DNA from: Candidatus Latescibacterota bacterium
GTDB lineage: Bacteria > Latescibacterota > UBA2968 > SICM01
Length of the DNA stretch: 64,000 bases
NCBI GenBank assembly: GCA_965217865.1
Contig: CBDCJO010000002.1
Location: 1,824,001-1,888,000, forward strand
Direction: 5' to 3'
Under the pieces are notes generated by a model that had not been told where the DNA came from, ran no database searches, and saw nothing but the letters and a program-made list of their open reading frames with translations. Every line of letters begins with the position of its first letter. Within the stretch, counting starts at the first letter, position 1. Below are positions 20,720 to 30,377 of this stretch, one piece after another. The translations under genes were made by a program, and so were the position numbers.

Positions 20720-21060
20720 TTGCGGGGGTTGCGGGAGTCGTTTCTGGATATCGCGGGGGTTGCCCCTGCACGGTAAATTCTTACAATAAAACGTGTTAGG
20801 ACCGTTTGCGGGGGTTGCGGGGTAAATCCAGAGGTCCTACCCCCTATAAAGACAAGAAAAAACGTCACTCCCATCTCACAGGGCCGAGCCCTAAAAAAAA
20901 TGGCTGTACACATAAGAGATTTTCCCCCGTTACTGCCGCAACCCCCGCAACCACTCTTTCTCATATTCATAAATATATGAAACATCAAATACTTACTTCT
21001 TACTCCGTCTTGCGGGGGTAAGCGAAATCTACCCCCGCACAACCCCCGCAACCCCCGCAA
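20720..21060. repeat. Iteron-like TTGCGGGGG repeat cluster (candidate replication origin)
   Basis: About 10 full or near copies in both orientations (20720, 20729, 20751, 20806, 20815, 20942, 21010, 21032, 21043, 21052) around AT-rich tracts. Confidence 0.7.
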
Positions 21061-21118
21061 GAGCCAAGGCACCGCACCGCGATAACGGCGGAATGCGTTC
21101 AGCGCCGCGCGATTGCAG

Positions 21119-21149
21119 CCGACATTGCGGCCGTCTCTACGGTAGGTAA
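21119..21149 (+). promoter_or_regulatory. Motif A copy
   Basis: CCGAC-attgcggccgtctct-ACGGTAGGTAA, about 40 nt before ATG 21192. Confidence 0.65.
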
Positions 21150-21191
21150 ACGTGAACGACGATCCGTTCCAAACCGCCGGACCGAGACTCC

Positions 21192-21586
21192 ATGAGCCTG
21201 CTGAAAATGCTGAACGACTGCACCGGGAAGGACGAGTGCCTGTGTTGCGCCTCTGCCTCCAGGCGCCTTACAACCCCCCGTGACGCAGGTTGGACGTACC
21301 CTGCGGATGCCGCCTGGAAGCATTGGTGACCGGTGACCCCATCCGCGACCAGGCGCTCGCCCTCGGATGGAGCGAGGCCCAGCTCTACCGGAACCGGGGA
21401 CGGTTCCGTTTTCCCTGCGGACAGGACTGCGGCCTCGTCTGCTTCCTGGAGAAGGACAAGCGCATCGGCGAGGTGAACCGCCGGTCCATCGAGATCGTCG
21501 GCCCGCAGCCCCAGGAGAACCGTCTGCGCTTCCACAACCCGGACCAGGATCAACCATGGCTGAAGACAACGACACGCGACGCCTGA
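21192..21586 (+). pseudogene. Hypothetical protein, apparently disrupted
   Basis: ATG 21192 (MSLLKML...) frame closes early; protein-like IRDQALALGWSEAQLY...GLVCFL continues in ORF 21290-21586. Confidence 0.45.
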
Positions 21587-21849
21587 GCCGCCGATACGCC
21601 AACGCCATGGACGTTCTGCCGCCGGACCTGCTCCGCGCGGTTCAGCAGCACTTCACGGGCCTGCTGTGGGTGCCGGCCGATACGCACTTCTACGAGACGC
21701 GCCGCAAGCTCGTGCTGGCCCTCAGGGATCAGAGCGTCCATACACGGGAGATCGCCCAGTTGGCCGGCGTCACGCCGCGCCGCGTGCGTCAGATCCTGGC
21801 CAGGGCCCGCGGCGCATCGGAGCCGACACATCCCGGCGACTGCCGGTAG
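21556..21849 (+). CDS. CD3324/Mor-like HTH protein
   Basis: YANAMDVLPPDLLRAVQQHFTGLLWVP plus C-terminal HTH TREIAQLAGVTPRRVRQIL. Confidence 0.7.
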   Translation: MAEDNDTRRLSRRYANAMDVLPPDLLRAVQQHFTGLLWVPADTHFYETRRKLVLALRDQSVHTREIAQLAGVTPRRVRQILARARGASEPTHPGDCR

Positions 21850-21853
21850 GTAA
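21823..21853 (+). promoter_or_regulatory. Motif A copy upstream of the HTH/methyltransferase operon
   Basis: CCGAC-acatcccggcgactg-CCGGTAGGTAA. Confidence 0.7.
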
Positions 21854-21945
21854 CCGATGGGCCGTCCCGCATGGGGACGGAATCCACGCCCGGCGAATCG
21901 TGTTCAGGGACGAGCGGCCGGGGGAAACGATAGGAGGGGAACACC

Positions 21946-22362
21946 ATGCCGCAGAACCCGACGCTGGAGGAGCGGCGCCTGATGACGTTGCGCCTGCGCA
22001 TCGCGGGCTGGAGCTATCGCGAAATCGCGACACGGGTCGGGGTGTCCCCGACGCAGGTCTTCCGCGACATCGGGCGCGTGTGCGACCGGCTGCGAAAGGA
22101 GCAGTACGCGGTCGCGGCACGGCTGCGCACGCAGACGGCGATGGCCCTCGAAGAGAAGCTCACGCGATGGTGGACGCGGGCCGATGTCGACCCGGTCGCC
22201 CTCGACAAGGTGATCAAGCTGCTGGCCGAGCGCAGCAGGCTCTTCGGCCTGTACGCGCCCGCGCAGCAGCAGGTGGACCTGCAGGATCGCGAGCCGGCGG
22301 AGATCAACATACACTTCGGCGACCCCCCCGGCCAAGCGGAAGAGGACGCCCATGGCGCGTGA
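21946..22362 (+). CDS. HTH protein, terminase small subunit-like
   Basis: AGGAGG RBS; GWSYREIATRVGVSPTQV HTH; ALDKVIKLLAERSRLFGL. Confidence 0.65.
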   Translation: MPQNPTLEERRLMTLRLRIAGWSYREIATRVGVSPTQVFRDIGRVCDRLRKEQYAVAARLRTQTAMALEEKLTRWWTRADVDPVALDKVIKLLAERSRLFGLYAPAQQQVDLQDREPAEINIHFGDPPGQAEEDAHGA

Positions 22363-23542
22363 TCGCGTAGTAAAGCTGCGGCGGGTCCGGGCCGGAGACC
22401 TGCAACCCGACCCGCGCAACTGGAGGCGGCATCCTCCCGGGCAGCGTACGGCGCTGTCCCGGATGCTCGACCGCCTCGGCCATGTCGATGCGGTGATTGC
22501 CCGGGAGACCCCGGACGGCCTGGTCCTGATCGATGGCCACCTGCGGGCGGAGCTGTCTCCCGACGCCCGGATACCCGTCCTCGTCGTCGACCTGGACCAC
22601 GCGGAGGCGGGAGAGGTGCTGGCCACCCTCGACCCCCTCGCGGCCATGGCCGAGGCGGACCGCGACGCCCTCGCCCGGCTGCTCTCCGATCTCGACGCGC
22701 CTCCGCCCATCGACCTCGGGAAGATGTACGCGCTCGCTCCGGAGCAGGCGGAGCTGAAGCCGGCGGACGTCGAGCCGGTCCTCCCGAGCGAGCCGGTGTC
22801 CCGATGCGGGGACCTCTGGCTGCTGGGACGCCACCGGCTCATGTGCGGCGACGCGACCGAGCGCGGCCACGTCACCCGTCTTCTCGACGGCGCACAGCCG
22901 TCCCTGATGGTCACCGACCCGCCCTATGGGGTGGCCTATGACGCGTCGTGGCGCAAGGAGGCCTTCGGCTTCAGCGGAGGACGCCTCGGCAAAGTCCGCA
23001 ACGACGCCGATCCGGCCTACTGGGCCGCGGCCCTCGAAGCATACAGGAGTCCCGTGACGTACGTATGGTCTCCCTCGGGGGAAAACGTGCTGGTCTTCGG
23101 CAGCATCCTCCAGGCGGCGGGCTATGGCCTGCGAAACCAGATCATCTGGCGCAAGCCCAAAATGGTGATCAGTCGAGGGCATTACCACTGGCAGCACGAG
23201 TGTCTCTGGTATGGGGTCCTCAACGGAAAGACGGCCGGATGGCGTGGAGACAGGAGTCAGACGACGGTGTGGGACGTCACATGGGACCGCAATGTCGAGG
23301 GCGGGCACTCGACACAGAAGCCCGTGGAGTGTATGGAGCGCCCCATACGCAACCACGAGGGCGACGTCTACGACCCCTTCGTGGGCTCCGGCACCAGCAT
23401 CATCGCCGCCGAGCGCCAGAACCGCACCTGTTACGCTATGGAGATAGACCCCGCCTATGTCGACGCCGCGGTCACCCGATGGGAGACCTACACGGGAGGC
23501 GCGGCGGCAAAGGACGGAAAACGTGGAAATGACGGCGGATAA
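22352..23542 (+). CDS. ParB-like domain + N6/N4 DNA methyltransferase (phage-type)
   Basis: PRNWRRH...IDGHLR; GDLWLLGRHRLMCGD; TDPPY; HSTQKPV; DPFVGSGT. Confidence 0.9.
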   Translation: MARDRVVKLRRVRAGDLQPDPRNWRRHPPGQRTALSRMLDRLGHVDAVIARETPDGLVLIDGHLRAELSPDARIPVLVVDLDHAEAGEVLATLDPLAAMAEADRDALARLLSDLDAPPPIDLGKMYALAPEQAELKPADVEPVLPSEPVSRCGDLWLLGRHRLMCGDATERGHVTRLLDGAQPSLMVTDPPYGVAYDASWRKEAFGFSGGRLGKVRNDADPAYWAAALEAYRSPVTYVWSPSGENVLVFGSILQAAGYGLRNQIIWRKPKMVISRGHYHWQHECLWYGVLNGKTAGWRGDRSQTTVWDVTWDRNVEGGHSTQKPVECMERPIRNHEGDVYDPFVGSGTSIIAAERQNRTCYAMEIDPAYVDAAVTRWETYTGGAAAKDGKRGNDGG

Positions 23543-23846
23543 CACCGTGGCCGCTTGCGGCGTGGTCCCCGAACGACGGGGGTTTGCGCCGCTTCGGCAA
23601 GCCGGAATGTCCGATAAGACGTGTTCCCGGACGTTCCGTAACCCACCCCGGGCGGTAAGAATGCGTCAATCCATCCTTCCGACTGCCATCCCAAAGCTCC
23701 GGCACTCCCCGGATCGTTTCCCGGTGATTGCCGTCAAGGACGGGACGGTCAGGGGACTGTCTCCGGCCTCTGTGCGTGGCCTGTCCCGGGGCGGGAACGG
23801 AAAAGCGGCCCTTGCGGGGACCGCTCTTTCCCAGCGCCGCGCGGAC

Positions 23847-24788
23847 TCAGAGCCGTTCGATGGCGTCCTCGAGGGCGTCGTCGACCAGGTGGGTGTAGAT
23901 CTGGGTGGTCGACAGGTCCCGGTGACCCAGCGCCCGCTGGACCACCAGGATGTCGCCGGTGCGGCTGTAGAGGTGGGTGGCGAAGGTGTGCCGCAGGGCG
24001 TGCGGGCTGAGCTTCTTGTCGATCCGCGCGGCCCGCAGCCAGTGATCGAGCCGCCTGGCCACCTGGCGATCCGACAGCCGCGTATCGCGGTTGGACAGGA
24101 ACAACGCCCGGCATTCACCGTGGCCGCGGCTGCGGCGCGCCTTCAAGTAGCTGCGCAGGAGGGAGCGCAGCGTGGACTTCAGGAACTTCACCTGCGGGAC
24201 GCCGCCCTTGGCCCGGATACGGAGATGCCTGGCGTCGAGGTCTACGTCGTCGACGTTCAGGTCGACCAGTTCCCTCAGCCGGATGCCGGTGCCCAGGAAC
24301 AGCTCGACGATGAGCCGGTCCCGGCGCGCGAGCGCCGAGGACCTGCCCCGGAGCTCCTTGAGCAGCCGCCGCTTCTCCACCTTGGTCAGGAAGCTCGGCG
24401 TGGTGCGCGGCAGCCGCCGCAGGGTCACCGACCGGGCGGGGTTCTCCGCGACCTGTCCGGTCTCCTCCGCCCAGGCGAAGAAGGACCGGACGCCCGCCTT
24501 GAAGCGATGCAGCGACGCGGGGGACCGGGTGCCGCCCGTGGCCGAGGTCACGACCGCCGGCGAGGTCAGCGCCTCGTCGAGCAGGGCGCTGGTCACGCGC
24601 CCCAAGGTCAGGCCTGGGTGGCGCTCCGACAGGACAGCTGTCAGCTGCCGCAGGTCCCGCAGGTAAGCGCTGATGGTGTTCGGGGAGCGGCCCCCGGCGG
24701 CGAGCCTTCTAGCGAAGGCCTCGACCGTCCGCTCGAAGGGCTCAGGCCCGGGCGGCAGCTGAAGCGCGCTGTTCGCGGCGTTCGTCAT
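23847..24788 (-). CDS. XerC/XerD-like tyrosine recombinase
   Basis: TGIRLREL, AKGG, SPHALRHTFATHL, LGHRDLSTTQIYTH. Confidence 0.93.
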   Translation of the reverse strand: MTNAANSALQLPPGPEPFERTVEAFARRLAAGGRSPNTISAYLRDLRQLTAVLSERHPGLTLGRVTSALLDEALTSPAVVTSATGGTRSPASLHRFKAGVRSFFAWAEETGQVAENPARSVTLRRLPRTTPSFLTKVEKRRLLKELRGRSSALARRDRLIVELFLGTGIRLRELVDLNVDDVDLDARHLRIRAKGGVPQVKFLKSTLRSLLRSYLKARRSRGHGECRALFLSNRDTRLSDRQVARRLDHWLRAARIDKKLSPHALRHTFATHLYSRTGDILVVQRALGHRDLSTTQIYTHLVDDALEDAIERL

Positions 24789-25063
24789 AGATAGCGGCCT
24801 CCTTCCTGTTTGGCGCTCCGGCCCATGGCGGCGCCCTTGGGCAGGGGCAGATTGTCGATCCGGCCGGACTCGTGGGCCCGGACCAGGAACATGCGCGGTG
24901 CCCGCCTGGTCTTATCGACCGTGGGCGGGGAGCGCTCCTTCCCGCTCGGGAGGTTGAGGAGCGCGTCGGAGCGGAGGAAACTGCCCACATGCGACGCCAG
25001 GATGCCCGTGAGCTTCCGGTCGGCGCCGAAGAAGGCTTCAATCCGCTCGAAGTCCTTACACAT
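24785..25063 (-). CDS. Small hypothetical protein coupled to the tyrosine recombinase (possibly truncated)
   Basis: Overlaps the recombinase start; its ATG lies inside motif B. Confidence 0.4.
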   Translation of the reverse strand: MCKDFERIEAFFGADRKLTGILASHVGSFLRSDALLNLPSGKERSPPTVDKTRRAPRMFLVRAHESGRIDNLPLPKGAAMGRSAKQEGGRYL

Positions 25064-25670
25064 GCACGCTTCGTGTGCGCCGGAAGTCAAGGCGAACCAT
25101 GCCCATCCGGCAGGAAAGAGCAGGCCCCGCGCGGGCCGGGGAGGACTCTCATGAGAAAAACGGTTGAAACGATGACCCGGACGGCCCTGGTGGCGGCCCT
25201 GTCGGTCCGCTACAAAGGCGGAGATGATCGGCAACCCCGGAGAGCGGCCTGACCGAACGCATCTCTTCGCTGCAGGAAAAGCGCCAGGGCGTGATGCGCG
25301 GTCACGCCCTGGACCTGCTCGCCAATCTGGACGCCCGGTTGCGTCGGATCGAAGCCGAACTCGGGCTGTCCGCCGGGGAAGCGGAGGAGTTCCGGGCGGT
25401 CATGGCGCACATCCGCAGAGAGGCCCGGCGCATCCACGCCGGGCAGATCGCGGCGGGCATTCACGACGGCCGAGCGAATACCGCCGTTTCGTGTCCGGAC
25501 ATAAGCCCCGGTTCTTCCGCGACTTATAGCCTATAACACATAAATCCTTCTAAATCATGTTAAGGACAAGATTCGCCTTGCTTTCCGTCCGGGAACGAGC
25601 ATTCATGTGTGTGAACACAACGACCCGATTCCATTGCCGGACAAAGGATTACTGGAATCAAGGAGAACCA

Positions 25671-25870
25671 TGGGCCTGTGCGAAATCGATTTCGGGGTCG
25701 AGATAGGGACAGTCAGACGAACACGCAAACGCGTGGTGTCCAGGCCATCCAGTCGGTGGTGGGCGGCGAAGTCGTCGACGAGCGGGGGCGGACATGGCAA
25801 GGTGACTCGGCGTTCCGGAGCGGCAGACCGGCGCCCGGGGACGCCACCCGCCCTCGAGGCGGAATCATCC
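25671..25870 (+). pseudogene. Amidoligase-like N-terminal remnant
   Basis: AGGAG RBS; IDFGVEIGT..TR then, frameshifted, QAIQSVVGG...DERGRTW; neighbours a GATase remnant. Confidence 0.45.
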
Positions 25871-25947
25871 ACGGAGGCGGGGCCGCAAACCCGGCCTCCG
25901 GCTTTCGGGGAGGACGCCGACACTCAAACCGAAGGAGAAACGACGCC

Positions 25948-26439
25948 ATGAGAGTGCGGATCAAGAACACCGCCCTGGACGGCAAGCCCATCCGGGACGA
26001 AGGTGAAGTCTTCACCGGCAAGACGACCCTAGAGGTCGTCCAGGCCATGCGGGGGGCGACGCTCTTCTCCGATCAGAACACGCTCGAGGACTACGTCGAC
26101 ATGGTCCTGCGCAACGCCAGGATGCTCGCCGGCATCGACCTGGTCGTCAAAGGCGACACGCCCGAGGAGAAGGCTCGCGCCCTCCTCGCCTCCCTGATCG
26201 ATCATGGCATGGCGGAATATGTCGAGGACGAGCCGCCAGCGCCGGTCACCGTGCCCGCCGCCGTCTGGCATGGCCTGGAGGCGGTGAAGGACTCCGGAAC
26301 CACCAACATGCTCGACAGGCCCGCGGTCATCAAGATCGCCGAATTCCTCGGCTTTCACGAGACGGCGCGATGGATCGAGGGCCATCACGGGCAATATTCC
26401 GAAGGGCTGTTCCGGGGCTTCGAGGTCGACACGAACTAA
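25948..26439 (+). CDS. DUF5049-like domain protein
   Basis: C-terminal GLEAVKDSGTTNMLDRPAV...GFHETARWI; AAGGAG RBS. Confidence 0.7.
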   Translation: MRVRIKNTALDGKPIRDEGEVFTGKTTLEVVQAMRGATLFSDQNTLEDYVDMVLRNARMLAGIDLVVKGDTPEEKARALLASLIDHGMAEYVEDEPPAPVTVPAAVWHGLEAVKDSGTTNMLDRPAVIKIAEFLGFHETARWIEGHHGQYSEGLFRGFEVDTN

Positions 26440-26450
26440 GGGAAGTTCTG

Positions 26451-27290
26451 ATGTACGGACAGGCGGGCATCATCCTGGGGGGGAAAGGCGCCGCGCCGGC
26501 GAGCGCGATCATCTCGCCTGGCTGTTCACCCGGCTCTTCGCATTCAGCGAGCGGAAGGGGCCGCACGCCACGGGCGTGGCCTGGCTCAAGCGCCACGGTC
26601 GGGCACAAGCTCTTCAAGCAGCCGGTGCGGGCCGATCGGTTCAAGAGCGACAAGGCGTTCCACGAGGTCCTGGCCGGGATCGACAACCGCACCACGCTGC
26701 TCTTGGATCACACCCGCCGGCGCACGCGCGGCGACGAGAAGATCAACGAGAACAACCGCTCGATCCGGGCCGGCGACATCCTCGGCACCTACAACGGCAC
26801 GATCTACAACGCCAACACCCTGTTCCGGCGGTTCAAGCTTCACCGCTTCGCCGAGGTGGACAGCGAACTGCTCTTCCGGCTTGCCGCCCGGGCCGGGCGA
26901 AACGGCCGGATCGATGTGGAGCGCTTCAAGGGCCGTCTCAAACTCTGCCGGGGGCAGATGGCGGCGGTCATGGCCTCGCGGCCCGATCCGGAGACCACCC
27001 TCGTGCTCAAGGGCAACAAGCCCCTCGAGCTGCGATCCTCGCCCGCGGCACCACCGACCCGTTGGCGGCCGTGGCCACACAGGCGCACCTGTCCGGTCGA
27101 GTACCCTCCCCCCGACCGGCCCCCGAAAGCGCCACAGCGGGCGCCTGGGGCGCCGTGTCCGGGGAGCTGCTCACCTTCGACGACCCTTACGCCTGCCCGC
27201 CATCGACCGCCTGGAGGGCTTCCGCCCGCGCGGTTCCAGCCTCTACCAGCGGGTGATATACGCCACGGTGAAGGGCGCTCGCGAGCTCAC
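26451..27290 (+). pseudogene. Class II glutamine amidotransferase remnant plus gamma-glutamylcyclotransferase-like fragment
   Basis: MYGQAGII (catalytic Cys lost), HTRRRTRG...NENN, YNGTIYN, EVDSE; downstream VSGELLTFDDP / IDRLEGF...LYQRV in shifting frames. Confidence 0.65.
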
Positions 27291-27488
27291 CTGAGTCTAT
27301 ACGGCCGAGACGACCGGCATCAAACGGCACCGGATCGTATCCGGCAGTTGGCCGGAGTAACGGCCCATCACCCCCTCCATCACCGCAGAGCGCGCCTCTC
27401 CTGGTGCGCGCCATTCCCTCACCGCAGAGTTTTGAATTGACCACGGAAGCTAGTTTTCATATATATAGGATATAGGAGTCCGGCGAAG

Positions 27489-27716
27489 ATGGCTACTGAA
27501 GAAGGCTGGGTCGATATTGCCGAGGTCGCCGCGTATCTACAGGTGACCAAGGAATCCATATACCGGTGGGTCGACTCAAAGGGCTTTCCAGCTCGCCGGG
27601 TGGGACGGTTGCTTCGCTTCAAGCTCTCACAAGTAGACGAGTGGGTAGAGAAAGCGGAGATGATTCTGAAAGTTAGCTCATCCGGCAAGACGACTAAGAA
27701 CGAGAGTGACCAATAA
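27489..27716 (+). CDS. Excisionase-family HTH DNA-binding protein at the head of the cargo
   Basis: WVDIAEVAAYLQV.KESIYRWV...PARRVGRLLRFKLSQVDEWV. Confidence 0.88.
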   Translation: MATEEGWVDIAEVAAYLQVTKESIYRWVDSKGFPARRVGRLLRFKLSQVDEWVEKAEMILKVSSSGKTTKNESDQ

Positions 27717-27885
27717 GAATGGCTGAGAACAGGGAGACCCCATTGAGTACTGAAGTACCCATCCGCGAAGGACAAGGCCTGACCGGACCACTGTTTGGCG
27801 ATCCGTTGCCGTTAGAGACCGGCGGCTCATACGGCGTTGGCGCCTGCAACGCCTTTCTCGCGTTCGAACAGATGTGGAGAACTCG

Positions 27886-29995
27886 ATGAAAGCCACTGCG
27901 GCCACGTTTCTGGGTTTTCTCAAGAGGTCACCCCCGTTCACCATCCCGATCTATCAGCGCACTTACTCATGGACCGAGGCGCAATGCCGGCAGCTTTGGG
28001 AGGACATTCTACGAGCGGGTGCCAACAACGAGATCCCTGCCCATTTCATCGGTTCCATCGTTTATATCGAGAAAGGCCTCTATCAGGTCTCCAGTCAATC
28101 ACCGTTACTGGTCATCGATGGCCAGCAACGGCTCACGACTGTGTCACTCATCATCGCGGCTCTGGCACGGCACCTGGGCGATAGCGAACCCATTGATGGC
28201 TTCTCTGCCAAGAAACTTCGCCATTACTACCTGCTTAACCCATTGGAGGACGGTAAACAGCGATACAAGCTGCTGTTGACGCAGACCGACGAGCAGACCC
28301 TCCAGGCGATTGTGGACCAGAAGCCGCTTCCAACCCAGTCATCGTTACGCGTGCGGGAGAACTTCGGCTTTTTCAAGGAGCGAGTGACGGCACTGGGCGA
28401 AGACCTCGTTCCGTTTTGCAAGGGGCTGGAGAAGCTGATGATGGTGGACATCTCGCTGAGCCGAGAGCAGGATAATCCCCAGTTGATCTTCGAGAGCATG
28501 AACTCGACCGGACTTGAGCTCAGTCAAGCCGATCTAATTCGCAACTTCGTGTTGATGGGCCTCGAGCCCGACCGCCAGATGAGACTCTACACCGAACACT
28601 GGCGACCTATGGAGCTGGCCTTTGGCCAGGCCGCCTATGGAAAGCACTTCGACGGCTTCATGCGGCGCTACCTGACCTTCAAGACCGGTGACATCCCCAA
28701 CGTCAGCCAGGTCTACGAAACATTCAAATCCTATGCCCATAGGGCGGAAACTGCATCAAATGGCGTGGAAACACTTGTGGCCGATCTCCATAAGTTTGCC
28801 GACCACTACTGCGCCATGGCCCTCGGGAGGGAGTCGGAACAGCGTCTCGATGTGGCCTTCCGCGACCTACGCGACCTGAAGGTAGATGTTGCGTACCCAC
28901 TTCTGCTCGAACTGTACGACGATTACTCCAGTGGCAAGTTGTCATGTAAAGATCTGGTCGAGGCCGTCCGACTCGTCGAAAGCTACGTCTTCCGACGAGC
29001 TGTCTGCGCCTTCCCTACAAACTCGCTGAACAAGACGTTTGCTACGTTCGGTCGGTCGCTGAAGAAGGAGCGATATCTGGAGAGTATTCTCGCCCACTTC
29101 CTGCAATTGCCATCCTACCGCCGATTTCCGGGCGACGACGAGTTCCAACATGAGATCAAGGCGCGCGACCTCTACAACTTTCGCAGTCGCAGCTATTGGT
29201 TGCGGAGATTGGAGAATCATGACCGAAAAGAACTCGTTTCCGTCGACGAATACACCATCGAGCACATTTTGCCCCAGAACGAGCACCTGTCGAAGGCTTG
29301 GCAGGACGCCCTTGGTGGGCAACTGGCAGCGGGTCCAGAAAACATACTTGCATACCCTCGGCAATCTAACCCTGACTGCCTACAACGCCGAATACAGCGA
29401 TCATCCGTTCAAAAAAAAGTGCGATATGAAGGGAGGCTTCCGGGAAAGCCCACTCCGAATTAACAGAGGCCTGGATGACGTTGATTCCTGGAACGAGGCA
29501 GCTATCCGCGAACGGGCCGAACGCCTCGCCCGTATGGCGGTCGACGTGTGGAAAGGCCCGTCGCTGAGCTTGGACGTGCTAGACACATATGGGGTCAAGG
29601 AGGAAAGGAAGGGGAGGGCGTACTCGATTGCGGATCACCCGTACCTCGAGGAGCGAAGCCCCATGCGTGAACTCTTTGAATTGTTCCGCAAAGAAGTGCT
29701 AACGCTCGATCCCTGTGTCTCTGAAGAAGTCCTTAAGGTCTACATTGCCTACAAAGCCGAGACGAACTTCGTGGACATCGTGCCGCAGGCCAGACAGCTT
29801 CGCCTATCGCTAAACATGCAGTTTCACGAGTTGCAAGACTCCCGTGGCTTAGCCAAGGATGTAACGAACCTCGGCCGCTGGGGCAATGGAGACGTGGAAG
29901 TCGAGTTAAACAGGTCGGAGGAGCTGCCCTATGTGATGGGTCTGGTACGCCAAGCCCTCGAGATGCAACTGGGGAACGGAGAAAACGAGGGCTAA
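27886..29995 (+). pseudogene. GmrSD-like type IV restriction protein (DUF262 + DUF1524 + C-terminal domain), frameshifted near 29315
   Basis: IPIYQRTYSW, IDGQQRLTT, IFESMN; IEHILPQ then LGNLTL...N in the next frame; GRWGNGD C-terminal domain. Confidence 0.85.
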
Positions 29996-30007
29996 GAGGT
30001 CCCCCAC

Positions 30008-30229
30008 ATGACTCCAGAAAAGATCACGTTGAACCAGCTGGAATCCTTCCTGCTAAAGGCCGCCGACATACTTCGAGGCAAGATGGATGCCTCCGAGTTC
30101 AAGGAGTTCATTTTCGGCATGCTTTTTCTGAAACGGATGTCCGACGAGTTCGACCGCAAGCGTGAACAACTCCGGGAGCAGAACTTCGCTCACCTAAAAG
30201 ACCAACCTGATCTACTGGCGGAACGGTGA
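30008..30229 (+). pseudogene. hsdM: Type I RM HsdM N-terminal fragment
   Basis: [36 protein letters not shown], ends after 73 aa. Confidence 0.85.
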
Positions 30230-30377
30230 TCGATGCCTGGATCGAGGTGAAGAGCAATGCCGCTGGCGTTCAATCGGACAACGATGACGTGAAGCCGTCG
30301 CGCTCCAGCCGGGAGAATTGATCAATTCGAATGGACTCGGCCTTTACCTCAGTGAATCTGGAGATCGAAAAGCCGCG

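Noticed and set aside
20720-21060. Possible CRISPR array
   Set aside because: Repeats are 9 bp, irregularly spaced and in both orientations; no cas genes seen
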